Below, one piece after another: positions 16,715 through 25,416 of a stretch of 64,000 nucleotides of DNA. The translations under genes were made by a program, and so were the position numbers. Every line of letters begins with the position of its first letter. The stretch's first letter is position 1. The DNA is from an uncultured Thermotogae bacterium. GTDB lineage: Bacteria > Bipolaricaulota > Bipolaricaulia > RBG-16-55-9. A model generated the notes under the pieces. The model was not told where the DNA came from, made no database searches, and worked only from the letters and a program-made list of their open reading frames with translations. The stretch spans positions 39,149 to 103,148 of the forward strand of contig CAZMNF010000002.1 of assembly GCA_964567595.1 (NCBI GenBank). The letters run 5' to 3'.

Positions 16715-17860
16715 TCATTCCTGGTAACACCGCAGACCCATTTCGGCTTCGAGGCCGCGCAGGGTCTCGTTCAAGCCAGCCGACAACGGCAATCGCATGC
16801 GGAAGCTATCCGACGGCAGCGAATCGTCGACGACCATCATGCCGCCCAGTTCGCTGCTGAGGCGGCGCATCTGCGAGAGCGTCACGTCGTCCGAGGCCGA
16901 GCAGACGAGCGAGCCCTCGTAGTTGGCAGCCCCATCCGACGGCGACGGGCCCGCCTCACGGAAGAGCTGCCCCAAGCGGCGCTCGACCTCGCCCATGAAC
17001 TCAGAGGCCTGACGTCCCGCGGATCCGTCGAACTCGCGGATGGCTTGGAGCGCGCTGTCGTATTGCGTTGCTACGTTGCTCATGACGGCGTCGATCGCCC
17101 TGCTGAGCGCCTGCTTCACTTCCTGATGCGACTCCTCGCGATAGAGCCGAGTCAGCTCCGGCACGAGGCTCGGGTCGGATCGGTCCTGAAGCTCACGCGC
17201 AGCCACGAGCCGAGCCTCGGGATCCTCGCTGTTGGACAGGGTCTGAATTCGATCGGCAATGGGCTCGGGCGTGGCCGAAGTAGCCGTCTCCGCTTGCCCG
17301 CTCGCCGTCCCCGGGCGCTCGGAGGGTGCGCCCGGCGCGCTCCCGTCCGCGGCCTCTCCAGAAGTGGACGAGGCGGCGGAGGCCGCCTCGGGCGCCTCAG
17401 TTGTCGCTTGGTCCATCGGTCGGAGTTCCAGCGGTCCGGCCAAGAGCGCCGCCGCCAGGCCGACGATGACGAGCGATTGGGCCGCAATCGCGACCGTGGC
17501 CGGTCGCGGCACGGGTCGGAACGCCTCGCGCACGGAAGCTGTCCATGCGCGTGCCCGGCGCACGATGGACGACGTCGTCGGCTCGGGGGCTGATGCCAGT
17601 TGCCGATAACGCTCGCGACAAGCCTGGCAGGTCATCAGATGGGCGGTCATCGCCTGTCGCGTCCAGGAGCTTGCCTCGGTTTCGCCCCGGATGCGGGCCA
17701 ACCATGCCTCCGGATCCATCCGGCCGGATCCCGCCCGGTTGGCCCGATACGCCTGAAGGGCGCCGCGCGGCGGGTGGCTGGCCGTCTCGATCTCGCCCGG
17801 ATCGCTTCCGAACAGCGTCGTGAAGACGTCATTGAGGCCGAACGGGTCCGGTCGAGCCAT
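16715..17860 (-). CDS. Putative zinc-finger (HxxxCxxC) anti-sigma-like transmembrane protein with a HEAT-like extracytoplasmic region
   Basis: HLMTCQAC motif, a single TM segment (ATVAIAAQSLVIVGLAAALLAG), and GGGAGGTGGAG upstream of ATG 17860. Confidence 0.6.
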   Translation of the reverse strand: MARPDPFGLNDVFTTLFGSDPGEIETASHPPRGALQAYRANRAGSGRMDPEAWLARIRGETEASSWTRQAMTAHLMTCQACRERYRQLASAPEPTTSSIVRRARAWTASVREAFRPVPRPATVAIAAQSLVIVGLAAALLAGPLELRPMDQATTEAPEAASAASSTSGEAADGSAPGAPSERPGTASGQAETATSATPEPIADRIQTLSNSEDPEARLVAARELQDRSDPSLVPELTRLYREESHQEVKQALSRAIDAVMSNVATQYDSALQAIREFDGSAGRQASEFMGEVERRLGQLFREAGPSPSDGAANYEGSLVCSASDDVTLSQMRRLSSELGGMMVVDDSLPSDSFRMRLPLSAGLNETLRGLEAEMGLRCYQE

Positions 17861-17871
17861 GCTCCACCTCC

Positions 17872-18471
17872 CTACGTCTGTGCCTCCTGCGAATCGCTCT
17901 CGTCCGCTTCCATTTCCGCATAAATCTCCTGAATCATGCGCTCCTGATAGCTGAAGCTGACCTCGTGTCCGACGAATCGGGACACCTCGGCTTGGGTGAG
18001 ATGCGTGCCCACGAGCTCGTCACAATCGAAGGGGGTTTCAACCTGGGCCAGCCGATAGCCCGCGTTGATGCGTTCCACCATGGCCCCCCGGCGCTCTCGG
18101 TCGACGGGCGCGCTGCAGCCGATGCAGTGCGGGCCGTCGGTGCTGATCTCATCCGCCCAGTCGTCGTCCATGGCGTCCATCGGCCCGCCGTGACTGAGCC
18201 GATAGATGAGATAGGCGGCGATGTTGGCCGGCTTGCGGACGCGCCGTTTGGCCTCGGCAATGGCTCGAAAGTAGCGGGTGACAGCAAAGTCGTGGACGTC
18301 GCCACCGCGCAGGATCGCCTCCCACTGGCGCATCGCCGGCGGGTCAAGCTCGTCCTCACACAGCACGAGGTCGTACAGGCAAGCGCGAAAGAACGCCACG
18401 GCCAGCGCGCCGCCCGTCTCGGACTTGGTTCCCTCTACAGCCGGAATGTCGTCGAGCACAGTTGTCGCCAT
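17872..18471 (-). CDS. Hypothetical acidic cytoplasmic protein (199 aa) with a CIGC motif, directly upstream of the anti-sigma-like gene
   Basis: The ORF ends 11 nt before the next start. I could not see sigma-70 region 2 or region 4 motifs. Confidence 0.55.
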   Translation of the reverse strand: MATTVLDDIPAVEGTKSETGGALAVAFFRACLYDLVLCEDELDPPAMRQWEAILRGGDVHDFAVTRYFRAIAEAKRRVRKPANIAAYLIYRLSHGGPMDAMDDDWADEISTDGPHCIGCSAPVDRERRGAMVERINAGYRLAQVETPFDCDELVGTHLTQAEVSRFVGHEVSFSYQERMIQEIYAEMEADESDSQEAQT

Positions 18472-18576
18472 GGTACTCTTCCCTGTTTGGCTGTGCTACG
18501 ATTTTAGCTCGGATAGCGGGGCTCCCGATACGGGTGAACCGAGCGAGTCCGAGCGTACAATAGGATGGAGGCTGCC

Positions 18577-18885
18577 ATGGCCGAGCTTGAGCTCAACGAC
18601 CAAGCCGACGGCACGACGGTTAAAGTTCGCGCCAAAACGGGGGCTGACCGGAACGCGATCCTCGAGGTGCGCGGCGATGCCTTGCTCGTTGCCGTGACCG
18701 AGCAGCCCGAAAAGGGCAAGGCGAACCGAGCGATCCGCAAGACGATGGCGAAGCAACTGTGCCTGGCCACTGGCGATTTGACGATCGTTTCCGGCCAGCG
18801 GAGTCGTGACAAGCGGATCCATCTTGCGGGAGTGAGCGCGGCCGACGTCCGCGACCGCCTCAACTTGCCTAACGTGACGCCGTGA
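18577..18885 (+). CDS. DUF167 (YggU) family protein
   Basis: V.V.AKTGADRNAI...L.VAVTEQPEKGKAN.A..K.....L......L.IVSG..SR.K pattern; GGAGG lies 5 nt upstream of ATG 18577. Confidence 0.8.
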   Translation: MAELELNDQADGTTVKVRAKTGADRNAILEVRGDALLVAVTEQPEKGKANRAIRKTMAKQLCLATGDLTIVSGQRSRDKRIHLAGVSAADVRDRLNLPNVTP

Positions 18886-19235
18886 CACTCCGGAAGCTGC
18901 TCACGCATTGGTACGTCTGGCCCTGGTTTCCCCTCATCGGCCTGCCGGTCTTTTGGCTTCTGCCCTACGAGATCGCGCTGCCCATCTACGGTGTCGGCTC
19001 GGGCTGGTCGATCATCGAGTTCGTCGCCTGGTGGCGGTCGGAGCGGTATCCCGTCCGCACCGGCCCGGAAGCGCTCGTCGGGCAATCGGCTCGCGTCGTC
19101 AACGTGGACGCCAGCGGAACGGGATGGGTGCGCCTCCGCGGCGAGCTCTGGCGAGCCCGGTTCCAAAGCCCATCGCAGGCGGGTGACATTGTCCGCGTGG
19201 CGGGCGTCAAGCGGACGACACTCGTCGTTGAGTAA
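18882..19235 (+). CDS. NfeD-like membrane protein (C-terminal OB-fold)
   Basis: Two N-terminal hydrophobic segments, then GQSARVV...GWVRLRGELWRAR...GDIVRVAGV. GTGA overlap with DUF167. Confidence 0.7.
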   Translation: MTLRKLLTHWYVWPWFPLIGLPVFWLLPYEIALPIYGVGSGWSIIEFVAWWRSERYPVRTGPEALVGQSARVVNVDASGTGWVRLRGELWRARFQSPSQAGDIVRVAGVKRTTLVVE

Positions 19236-19325
19236 TGGCGGTGCCACCCAGGGCTTGTTGTCAGCCCCATACTTGTGTTACGTTTCTTTTTTAGAAAATA
19301 ACTGACATGCAAACACGGAGAACGT

Positions 19326-20579
19326 ATGGGGCGACTGGGAGCTTGGGCGCTGAGCGCGACGCTCATGGTCGCGAGCGTCGCGGCAACGGAGGCACAAGCG
19401 CAGCTGTCGGTCGGCGGCGATTGGGAGACGCAGGTCGAACTTGAGTGCGCAAGCGGCTGTCTCCGGCAGCGGGCGCAACTGAACGCGGAGGTCTCGTCAG
19501 CCTTAACGCTGGAGCTCAGCCACCAGTCATTGGTCCTGGCGCTGGAGAACGTCTGGGGATTGCAGGGCCTACTGGAGGCAACCTGGGTGGCCGAGGCCAA
19601 CCTGCCCGCCACCCCCGACACGATCGAATCGTCATTCACGTTTGCGCCGCCCATTGCGGATGATCGTCGGATTCCGCCCGGACACCCTTTGCTGGTGCGG
19701 AGCCGGATCGACGTTGAGCTTCCCCGCGACGGGGTCCATGGGAAGCTCGGCGTCATTGTCGACGACGTCGCGTTTGAGGACGTGGACGCCAACACCGCGC
19801 GCTACGGGGTTAGCCATCAGCGCCGGCGCGCCGGCGCCGTGACGGAGGTGGAGGGCGAGACGACGAGCGGCGTGGAACTGAGCTCACAGACAGGTTGGTG
19901 CTACGATCCCGACGCGCGCTTCTCTCTCGTCGATGGCTCCATCTCCGGCGAGGTCTGCCCGTCCGGCAAGTTGGCATGGAGCAAGACGACGCTCGCCATT
20001 GACGATTTTCCCCTGAGCTCCACCATGGATGCCGAAGGCGAACTCGAGTGCGAACACGTCGATACGGACCCGCCGCTTGCGTGCGAACTCGACCTCGAGG
20101 CGGCCTGGACACCAACCGAGGACCGGCTAGCCACGCTGATTGAGGAAGCGACCGTCGGCGTCGACTACGACGACGTCTATCCCCAACGGGAGCTGGACGA
20201 CGTGGAGGTCGAGCTCGTCCGTCATCCCATCGAGGTGACCTGGACGTTGGACGAGTCGCTCGCCTGGGATCGGCTCAACGTCGAGGGCGAGCGGGCCGTC
20301 CGTCGCGGCGACGCCGTGCTGAGCTGGGATTTTTATTCGACGTTTGAGCCGACGGACGGACTGACGTACCTGCGCCTGGGCGGCGACCTGGAGCGCGGCC
20401 CCCTCGAGGTCGGCGCCGACCTGCGCTCGCGCGAGGTCGACCAAGGGGTCCGCGTCGACGAGCTGGCCACCTCAATCGCCTACGAGCCGAGCCAGCTGCC
20501 CCTCAACCTCGAGCTGGACGTGACGTTCGACGTCGACGGCCTGGACGAGGTCGAACTCGGCGGCTCGCTGGCGTTCTGA
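19326..20579 (+). CDS. Secreted acidic protein, possible beta-barrel (C-terminal ...GGSLAF)
   Basis: Signal peptide MGRLGAWALSATLMVASVAATEAQA, alternating hydrophobic/polar strands near the C-terminus (LNLELDVTFDV), and a terminal Phe. Confidence 0.6.
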   Translation: MGRLGAWALSATLMVASVAATEAQAQLSVGGDWETQVELECASGCLRQRAQLNAEVSSALTLELSHQSLVLALENVWGLQGLLEATWVAEANLPATPDTIESSFTFAPPIADDRRIPPGHPLLVRSRIDVELPRDGVHGKLGVIVDDVAFEDVDANTARYGVSHQRRRAGAVTEVEGETTSGVELSSQTGWCYDPDARFSLVDGSISGEVCPSGKLAWSKTTLAIDDFPLSSTMDAEGELECEHVDTDPPLACELDLEAAWTPTEDRLATLIEEATVGVDYDDVYPQRELDDVEVELVRHPIEVTWTLDESLAWDRLNVEGERAVRRGDAVLSWDFYSTFEPTDGLTYLRLGGDLERGPLEVGADLRSREVDQGVRVDELATSIAYEPSQLPLNLELDVTFDVDGLDEVELGGSLAF

Positions 20580-20615
20580 CGCCCGAACCGACTTACCCGA
20601 AAGAAGCCAACGGGA

Positions 20616-20651
20616 GCGGGCAGGCCGCCGGAGCCGAGGCGGCCTGCCCGC
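20616..20651. terminator. Perfect 14-bp GC-rich hairpin between convergent genes (likely bidirectional terminator)
   Basis: GCGGGCAGGCCGCC - ggagccga - GGCGGCCTGCCCGC; lies between the stops at 20579 and 20678; no strong U-tract. Confidence 0.6.
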
Positions 20652-20677
20652 TTGGCGTTGGGGGAGGGAGCGATGCG

Positions 20678-22021
20678 CTAGTAGTACTCGAGGTAGCGAT
20701 CCAGTTCCCAGCGCGTCACGTTGAGCCGATAGGCGGTGATCTCTTCGCGCTTGGCCTCGACGTATTTTTCCACCAGATCGGTTCCGAGCGCATCCTGCAC
20801 GACCTGATCCGCCTCGAGGGCGGCGATTGATCCGCTGAGGTCGCCCGGCAGCAGATCAATCTGCTTCTCGCGCTTTTGCGCCTCGGTCAGCTCGTAGATG
20901 TTCTCCTCGACGGCCGCGGGCGGCGTCAGGCCGCGGCGGATGCCGTCCAGGCCGCTGGCCAGGATCGCGGCATACAACAGGTACGGATTGGCCGAGGGAT
21001 CGGGGCTGCGCAGCTCCATGCGCGTCGAGGTCTCCGGCGTGTTGCTGGCCGGCATGCGGATGAGCGCGGAGCGGTTCCGCCGCGCCCAGCTGATGTTGAC
21101 CGGGGCTTCGTAGCCGGGCACGAGGCGCTTGTAGGAGTTGACCGTGGGGTTGGCCAAGGCCGTGATGGCGCTGATGTGCTCGATCAGCCCGCCGAGAAAG
21201 CCCATGCCGAGCTCAGAGAGCCCGTAGGGCAGCTGCTCGGCGTCGTAGAACGCGTTCTGCTCTCCGGAAAAGAGCGACAGATGCGTGTGCATCCCGCTGC
21301 CGTTCTCGCCGAAGAGCGGCTTCGGCATGAACGTGGCATGCAGGCCACGCATCATGGCGATTGTCTTGACCACGAATCGGAACGTGACGATGTTGTCGGC
21401 GGTGTGCAGCACGTCGCCGAAGCGGAAGTCGATCTCATGCTGACTCGGGGCGACCTCATGGTGGGCCGCTTCCACCTCAAAGCCCATGTTTTCCAGCGCC
21501 ACAACGATGTCCTTGCGCGTCTCCTCGCCGTAGTCGACAGGCAAGAGGTCGAAGTAGCCGCCCTGATCGTGGAGCCCGACCGACGGACGGCCATGCTCAT
21601 CCAGGCGGAACAGGAAGAACTCGGCCTCTGCGCCCGCGTACATGTCGTAGCCCATCTCTTCGGATTGCTGCACGACGCTTTTCAGCGTGTAGCGCGGATC
21701 GCCCTCAAAGGGCTGATTGTCGGGGCGGACGACGTCGCAGATGAGCCGCGCCGTTTTGCCGTTCTCGCCTTCCGTGCTCCAGGGGAAAATCGCGAAGGTG
21801 CTCAGATCCGGTTGCAAGTACATGTCCGACTCAGAGATACGGACGAACCCTTCAATCGACGATCCGTCAAACGCAATCCCTTCTTCTAACACATCGTCCA
21901 ATCCTTCAGCTGGTATTTCGACGTTCTTCGGGATGCCCATGATATCGGTAAACTGAAGGCGAATGAACTTGATGCCTTCGTCATGCACGTAGCGCATCAC
22001 TTCCTCAGCGGTCGGTCGCAT
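20678..22021 (-). CDS. glnA: Glutamine synthetase type I
   Basis: Full-length GS-I blocks (FTDI.G, NGSGMH.H.S, MPKP). GGAGG lies 7 nt upstream of ATG 22021. Confidence 0.95.
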   Translation of the reverse strand: MRPTAEEVMRYVHDEGIKFIRLQFTDIMGIPKNVEIPAEGLDDVLEEGIAFDGSSIEGFVRISESDMYLQPDLSTFAIFPWSTEGENGKTARLICDVVRPDNQPFEGDPRYTLKSVVQQSEEMGYDMYAGAEAEFFLFRLDEHGRPSVGLHDQGGYFDLLPVDYGEETRKDIVVALENMGFEVEAAHHEVAPSQHEIDFRFGDVLHTADNIVTFRFVVKTIAMMRGLHATFMPKPLFGENGSGMHTHLSLFSGEQNAFYDAEQLPYGLSELGMGFLGGLIEHISAITALANPTVNSYKRLVPGYEAPVNISWARRNRSALIRMPASNTPETSTRMELRSPDPSANPYLLYAAILASGLDGIRRGLTPPAAVEENIYELTEAQKREKQIDLLPGDLSGSIAALEADQVVQDALGTDLVEKYVEAKREEITAYRLNVTRWELDRYLEYY

Positions 22022-22054
22022 AGGATCGCCTCCCAAGATGGCTAAGGATACATG

Positions 22055-22083
22055 TTGATACCACGTCGCTGGTCGTTTGTCAA
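22055..22083 (-). promoter_or_regulatory. Sigma-70-type promoter candidate for glnA
   Basis: On the minus strand: TTGACA (22083..22078), a 17-nt spacer, then TATCAA (22060..22055). It sits inside a 150-bp AT-rich intergenic region. Confidence 0.5.
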
Positions 22084-22171
22084 GCTTTGCCCAATCTAAA
22101 AAATTTACGTCCAGGAATCGCGCCTATGAAAATACTTATCAACCACTAATTTGGGATTATTATTGGACAAA

Positions 22172-23017
22172 TTACAGTTGGGAGTCCGTCCATCGCTGGC
22201 CGTACGTCGTGGGCTGGCAGACGAGCGTTTCACAGCTCAGGTCGCGGCTCGCGGCCGCTGCCATATGCGTCGCTTCCGCTACGCCCGCGACAACCGCGAA
22301 GTACACAGGGCCGCTGCCGCTCAGGCCGAAGGCCGCGTTGTTGGCTAGGAGCCAGTTCCGATAGGACCGCAGTCGGGGCTCCCGTTGGAGCGCGGCGGCC
22401 TCCAGATCGTTGGCGTATGGTGCATTGACCAAGGATGAAGACCGCAACTGATCAAACGTTTGATAGACCTCGGATGTCGCCAATGGCCAAGGCGGCACCA
22501 GCAGCACGTACGCCTCGTCGAGCCCCGGATTTCGGTCGTCCATCGGCTCGATCCGATCGCCGCGGCCGCTCACGCGGCACCGCCCGCCGTGGAGGAAGAA
22601 CGGCACGTCGCTGCCGAGCCGGCGTGCGTACGGCTGGAGCTCGTCTCGACTCAACCTAAGCTCCCAAAGGCGATTGAGCGCGATAAACGTGGCCGCCGCG
22701 TCGCTGCTGCCGCCGCCGAGTCCTGCGCCCGTCGGGATGCGCTTGTCCACCCGGACGGATAATCCCGTACCCCGGTCAACATGCTCGTCGAGCAACGCAA
22801 TCGCGCGTCGCACCAAGTTCGCGCTCGGATCGATCCCGAGATCCGGAACCGTCGTTACTTGGACGCCTGAGGCCTCGTGCGTCGTCAGCGTCAACCGATC
22901 GCTCAGATCGATCGTCTGGAACAGGGATGCGATCTCGTGGTAGCCGTCGGCGCGCACGCCTCGAATGCGCAACCCGAGGTTCAGCTTGGCGCAAGCGGCC
23001 ATCGTCACAGGGGTCAT
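22172..23017 (-). CDS. ispE: 4-diphosphocytidyl-2-C-methyl-D-erythritol kinase
   Basis: AKLNLGLRI...DGYHEI...KRIPTGAGLGGGSSDAAA (GHMP kinase motif). Confidence 0.9.
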   Translation of the reverse strand: MTPVTMAACAKLNLGLRIRGVRADGYHEIASLFQTIDLSDRLTLTTHEASGVQVTTVPDLGIDPSANLVRRAIALLDEHVDRGTGLSVRVDKRIPTGAGLGGGSSDAAATFIALNRLWELRLSRDELQPYARRLGSDVPFFLHGGRCRVSGRGDRIEPMDDRNPGLDEAYVLLVPPWPLATSEVYQTFDQLRSSSLVNAPYANDLEAAALQREPRLRSYRNWLLANNAAFGLSGSGPVYFAVVAGVAEATHMAAAASRDLSCETLVCQPTTYGQRWTDSQL

Positions 23018-23055
23018 GCTGTGAGTGTCGATCGGTTAGCGGTCCGCCAATGCCG

Positions 23056-23526
23056 TCAAGCGGGGTCGGACGATGGGCCGGAGGAGGTCTCGGCGTGGGG
23101 CCGCCGTTCCTTCCAGAGCCGATCCAGGATCCCGTTGACGAACGATCCGGATCGCTCGGTGCCGTACGCCTTGGCGAGCTCGACGGCCTCGTCGATGATC
23201 ACCTGCGGGGGAATGTCCTCGCGATAGAGCATCTCGTAGACGCCGAGGCGTAGCACATTGCGATCGACCGCGTGGAGGCGTTCCAGGCGCCAGCCGGCCG
23301 CGCGCTCCGCGATCTCGCGATCCAGCTCGGCCCGAGTTCGGTCAATCCCGGTCAACACCTCCTCGACGTATTCGAGCCGGTCGGGGCTGATCTCCAACTC
23401 CGGGTGACGCGCGCGCCACTCCGCAAGCCATTGCTCATAGAGCTCCCATAGGTCGGCGGATCCCCCTTGGAGGTCGTGCTGATAGAGCAACTTCAGGATC
23501 TGTTGGCGCGCTCGACGTCGCTTCAT
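23056..23526 (-). CDS. nusB: Transcription antitermination factor NusB
   Basis: RRRARQQILKLLYQ... and IIDEAVELAKAYGTERSGSFVNGILDRL. Confidence 0.9.
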   Translation of the reverse strand: MKRRRARQQILKLLYQHDLQGGSADLWELYEQWLAEWRARHPELEISPDRLEYVEEVLTGIDRTRAELDREIAERAAGWRLERLHAVDRNVLRLGVYEMLYREDIPPQVIIDEAVELAKAYGTERSGSFVNGILDRLWKERRPHAETSSGPSSDPA

Positions 23527-23540
23527 GGAAAGCCCGTCGC

Positions 23541-23750
23541 CTAGCTTCGCCGAAGGACGACGTCGCTCAGCTCGCGCAGCTTGGCCCGCAGCTCGTCGGA
23601 CTCCAGAAGCTGGCCGAGGATGGCCCCGATCACAGCCAACGCAAGAACCAACAACATGCCGGAAAACGACAGCCAGACCCAGAGCAAGCCAAGGAAGCCG
23701 CCCACCAGCGCGCCCATCCAGGCTCGAGACAGGTTAGTCAACGCGATCAC
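23541..23750 (-). CDS. Small integral membrane protein (DUF2273-like)
   Basis: GALVGGFLGLLWVWLSFSGMLLVLALAVIGAILG; sits at the conserved position between amaP and nusB. The start is uncertain (alternative ATG at 23717). Confidence 0.6.
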   Translation of the reverse strand: MIALTNLSRAWMGALVGGFLGLLWVWLSFSGMLLVLALAVIGAILGQLLESDELRAKLRELSDVVLRRS

Positions 23751-24315
23751 GCTCCTCGGGAAGGTCCGTGGGTTGATCGGTCGTTTCCGAGCGTTCCGGA
23801 AGCGCCTGCGGCGATTCCGCCTTGAACGCCTGGGCCGTCACGTCGACCCGCTCCACGGTTACGCCGATGCGGTCCTCGATCCGGCTGCGCACGTCGGTCT
23901 GGATCCGCTCGCTGATCTCGGGAATCCGCCTGTCCGGTGGGAGTGAAAACCGCACGGCGATGCGCAGGCCCTCCTCCGCGGAGCGAATCCATACTCGGGC
24001 GTCGTCGATGGCGAACGTATCTCGGAGGATATCGTGCACCAGGCTCCGCACGGCCTCCGGGGAGATGGAGATTGAGCCGCCCGATCCCATCGTCTCGATG
24101 GGCGCTCGCGAGCGCGCGGTCTCCACCACTTGGGCGAGAAAATGGACGGCCGTGCCCAACGCGACGACGCCCAACACGCCCAGAACGATCGGCGAAAGCG
24201 GGTCGAGCTCCAGCTGGCCGGCGACGTTCAACAGGAGCAACACGCCCAGAACGGCCGAGCCGAGGAAGCCCGTTCCCAACCCGACCTCGCGCAACCATCC
24301 CCACACGCCGGTCAT
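23734..24315 (-). CDS. AmaP-like alkaline-shock-response membrane anchor protein
   Basis: N-terminal TM pair (MTGVWGWLREVGLGTGFLGSAVLGVLLLL), position downstream of asp23, and an ATGA overlap at 24312..24315. Confidence 0.65.
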   Translation of the reverse strand: MTGVWGWLREVGLGTGFLGSAVLGVLLLLNVAGQLELDPLSPIVLGVLGVVALGTAVHFLAQVVETARSRAPIETMGSGGSISISPEAVRSLVHDILRDTFAIDDARVWIRSAEEGLRIAVRFSLPPDRRIPEISERIQTDVRSRIEDRIGVTVERVDVTAQAFKAESPQALPERSETTDQPTDLPEERDRVD

Positions 24316-24812
24316 GAGCGCTCGTGGGCCTGCTTCAGGGAATTGATGGCCACGTCCGCGTCGCTGTCCGTCTCGGTGGCCTCGCCGTCGGATTCGGGGG
24401 ACGCCGGGGCCGCATCGGTGTCGTCGGCCCGCTCCTCGTCTCCCTGAGGCCACGTGCCCGCGGGGAGCGCCAAGTCGCTGACGTAGATGTGGACGCCGTC
24501 GACGCGATAGCCCGTCATCTCTTCGATCTCGCGCTTGACGTGTGACTGGAGCGTGCGGGCGACGTCCTGGATGGGATAGCCGTACTGGACGGACACGTAG
24601 AGCGTGACCGTGACGACGTCGTTCTCCACATGGGCAAAGACGCCCCGTCGTCCCCGCTCGTCCCCGAGAAAGACCTTCAGGTTGTCGGCCACGTTGCCGC
24701 GCAGGCTGCTGATGCCGTCGACGCCGGCCGCAGCCATGCCGGCGATCGAGGCGATGACGTGCTCGGTGATGCTGACCTTCCGCTGCAGTCGCCCGTGTTG
24801 CCCTTCCATCAC
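24312..24812 (-). CDS. Asp23/Gls24 family envelope stress protein
   Basis: VSITEHVIASIAGMAAAGVDGI... core. AAGGAG lies 9 nt upstream of GTG 24812; alternative starts are ATG 24809 and GTG 24842. Confidence 0.8.
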   Translation of the reverse strand: MMEGQHGRLQRKVSITEHVIASIAGMAAAGVDGISSLRGNVADNLKVFLGDERGRRGVFAHVENDVVTVTLYVSVQYGYPIQDVARTLQSHVKREIEEMTGYRVDGVHIYVSDLALPAGTWPQGDEERADDTDAAPASPESDGEATETDSDADVAINSLKQAHERS

Positions 24813-24834
24813 GTCATCCGTCTCCTTAAGCGCA

Positions 24835-25395
24835 TCAGGCACGCTCGATGTAGCTCCCGTCGCGAGTGTCGACCTTGATCCGTTCGTCCTTGTCGATGAA
24901 CAACGGGACCTTGACCGTCAAGCCGGTCTCCAACGTCGCCGACTTCATGCCGCCGGCGGCGGTGTCGCCCCTCACACCCGGCTCCGTGTCCGCGACGCGC
25001 AGCGGCACCGTCACGGGGAGCGAGATCTTGAGGAACGATCCCTCGTGGAACATGCCCTTGACGTCCATGTTCTCCACGAGATAGTTCTGCGCTTCCCCGA
25101 TCTGGGCGGAACTGAGCGAGTGTTGCTCGTACGTCTCCTGGTCGAGGAAGTAGAAGCGTTCGCCGTCGGAGTACATGTAGGTCATGTCCCGCTCGTCGAG
25201 AAAGGCCTTCTCGATCTCGTCGGCCTCCCCGAAGCTCTCGGAGATGACCTTGCCGGTCAGCAGGTGCTTCAGCTTCGTCTGCACCAAGGACCGGCCGCGG
25301 CCCTTGACCATATGGGTCGCTTCGACCACGGTGTAGAGCTCGCCCTGGTACTCCACGGTCATGCCCTTTTTCAAGTCGTTCAACCCCACGGTCAT
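24835..25395 (-). CDS. efp: Elongation factor P (Arg at the loop tip)
   Basis: Collinear with E. coli and B. subtilis EF-P over the full length; the loop reads VKGRGRS. Confidence 0.95.
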   Translation of the reverse strand: MTVGLNDLKKGMTVEYQGELYTVVEATHMVKGRGRSLVQTKLKHLLTGKVISESFGEADEIEKAFLDERDMTYMYSDGERFYFLDQETYEQHSLSSAQIGEAQNYLVENMDVKGMFHEGSFLKISLPVTVPLRVADTEPGVRGDTAAGGMKSATLETGLTVKVPLFIDKDERIKVDTRDGSYIERA

Positions 25396-25416
25396 CGGCC
25401 TCCATATCGAGAGGAT

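Noticed and set aside
22084-22171. GlnR/TnrA-type operator (TGTNAN7TNACA) upstream of the glnA promoter
   Set aside because: The AT-rich region contains TGTAATTTGTCCAATAA and TGATAAGTATTTTCATA. Neither keeps both half-sites nor is palindromic, so I cannot support a call.
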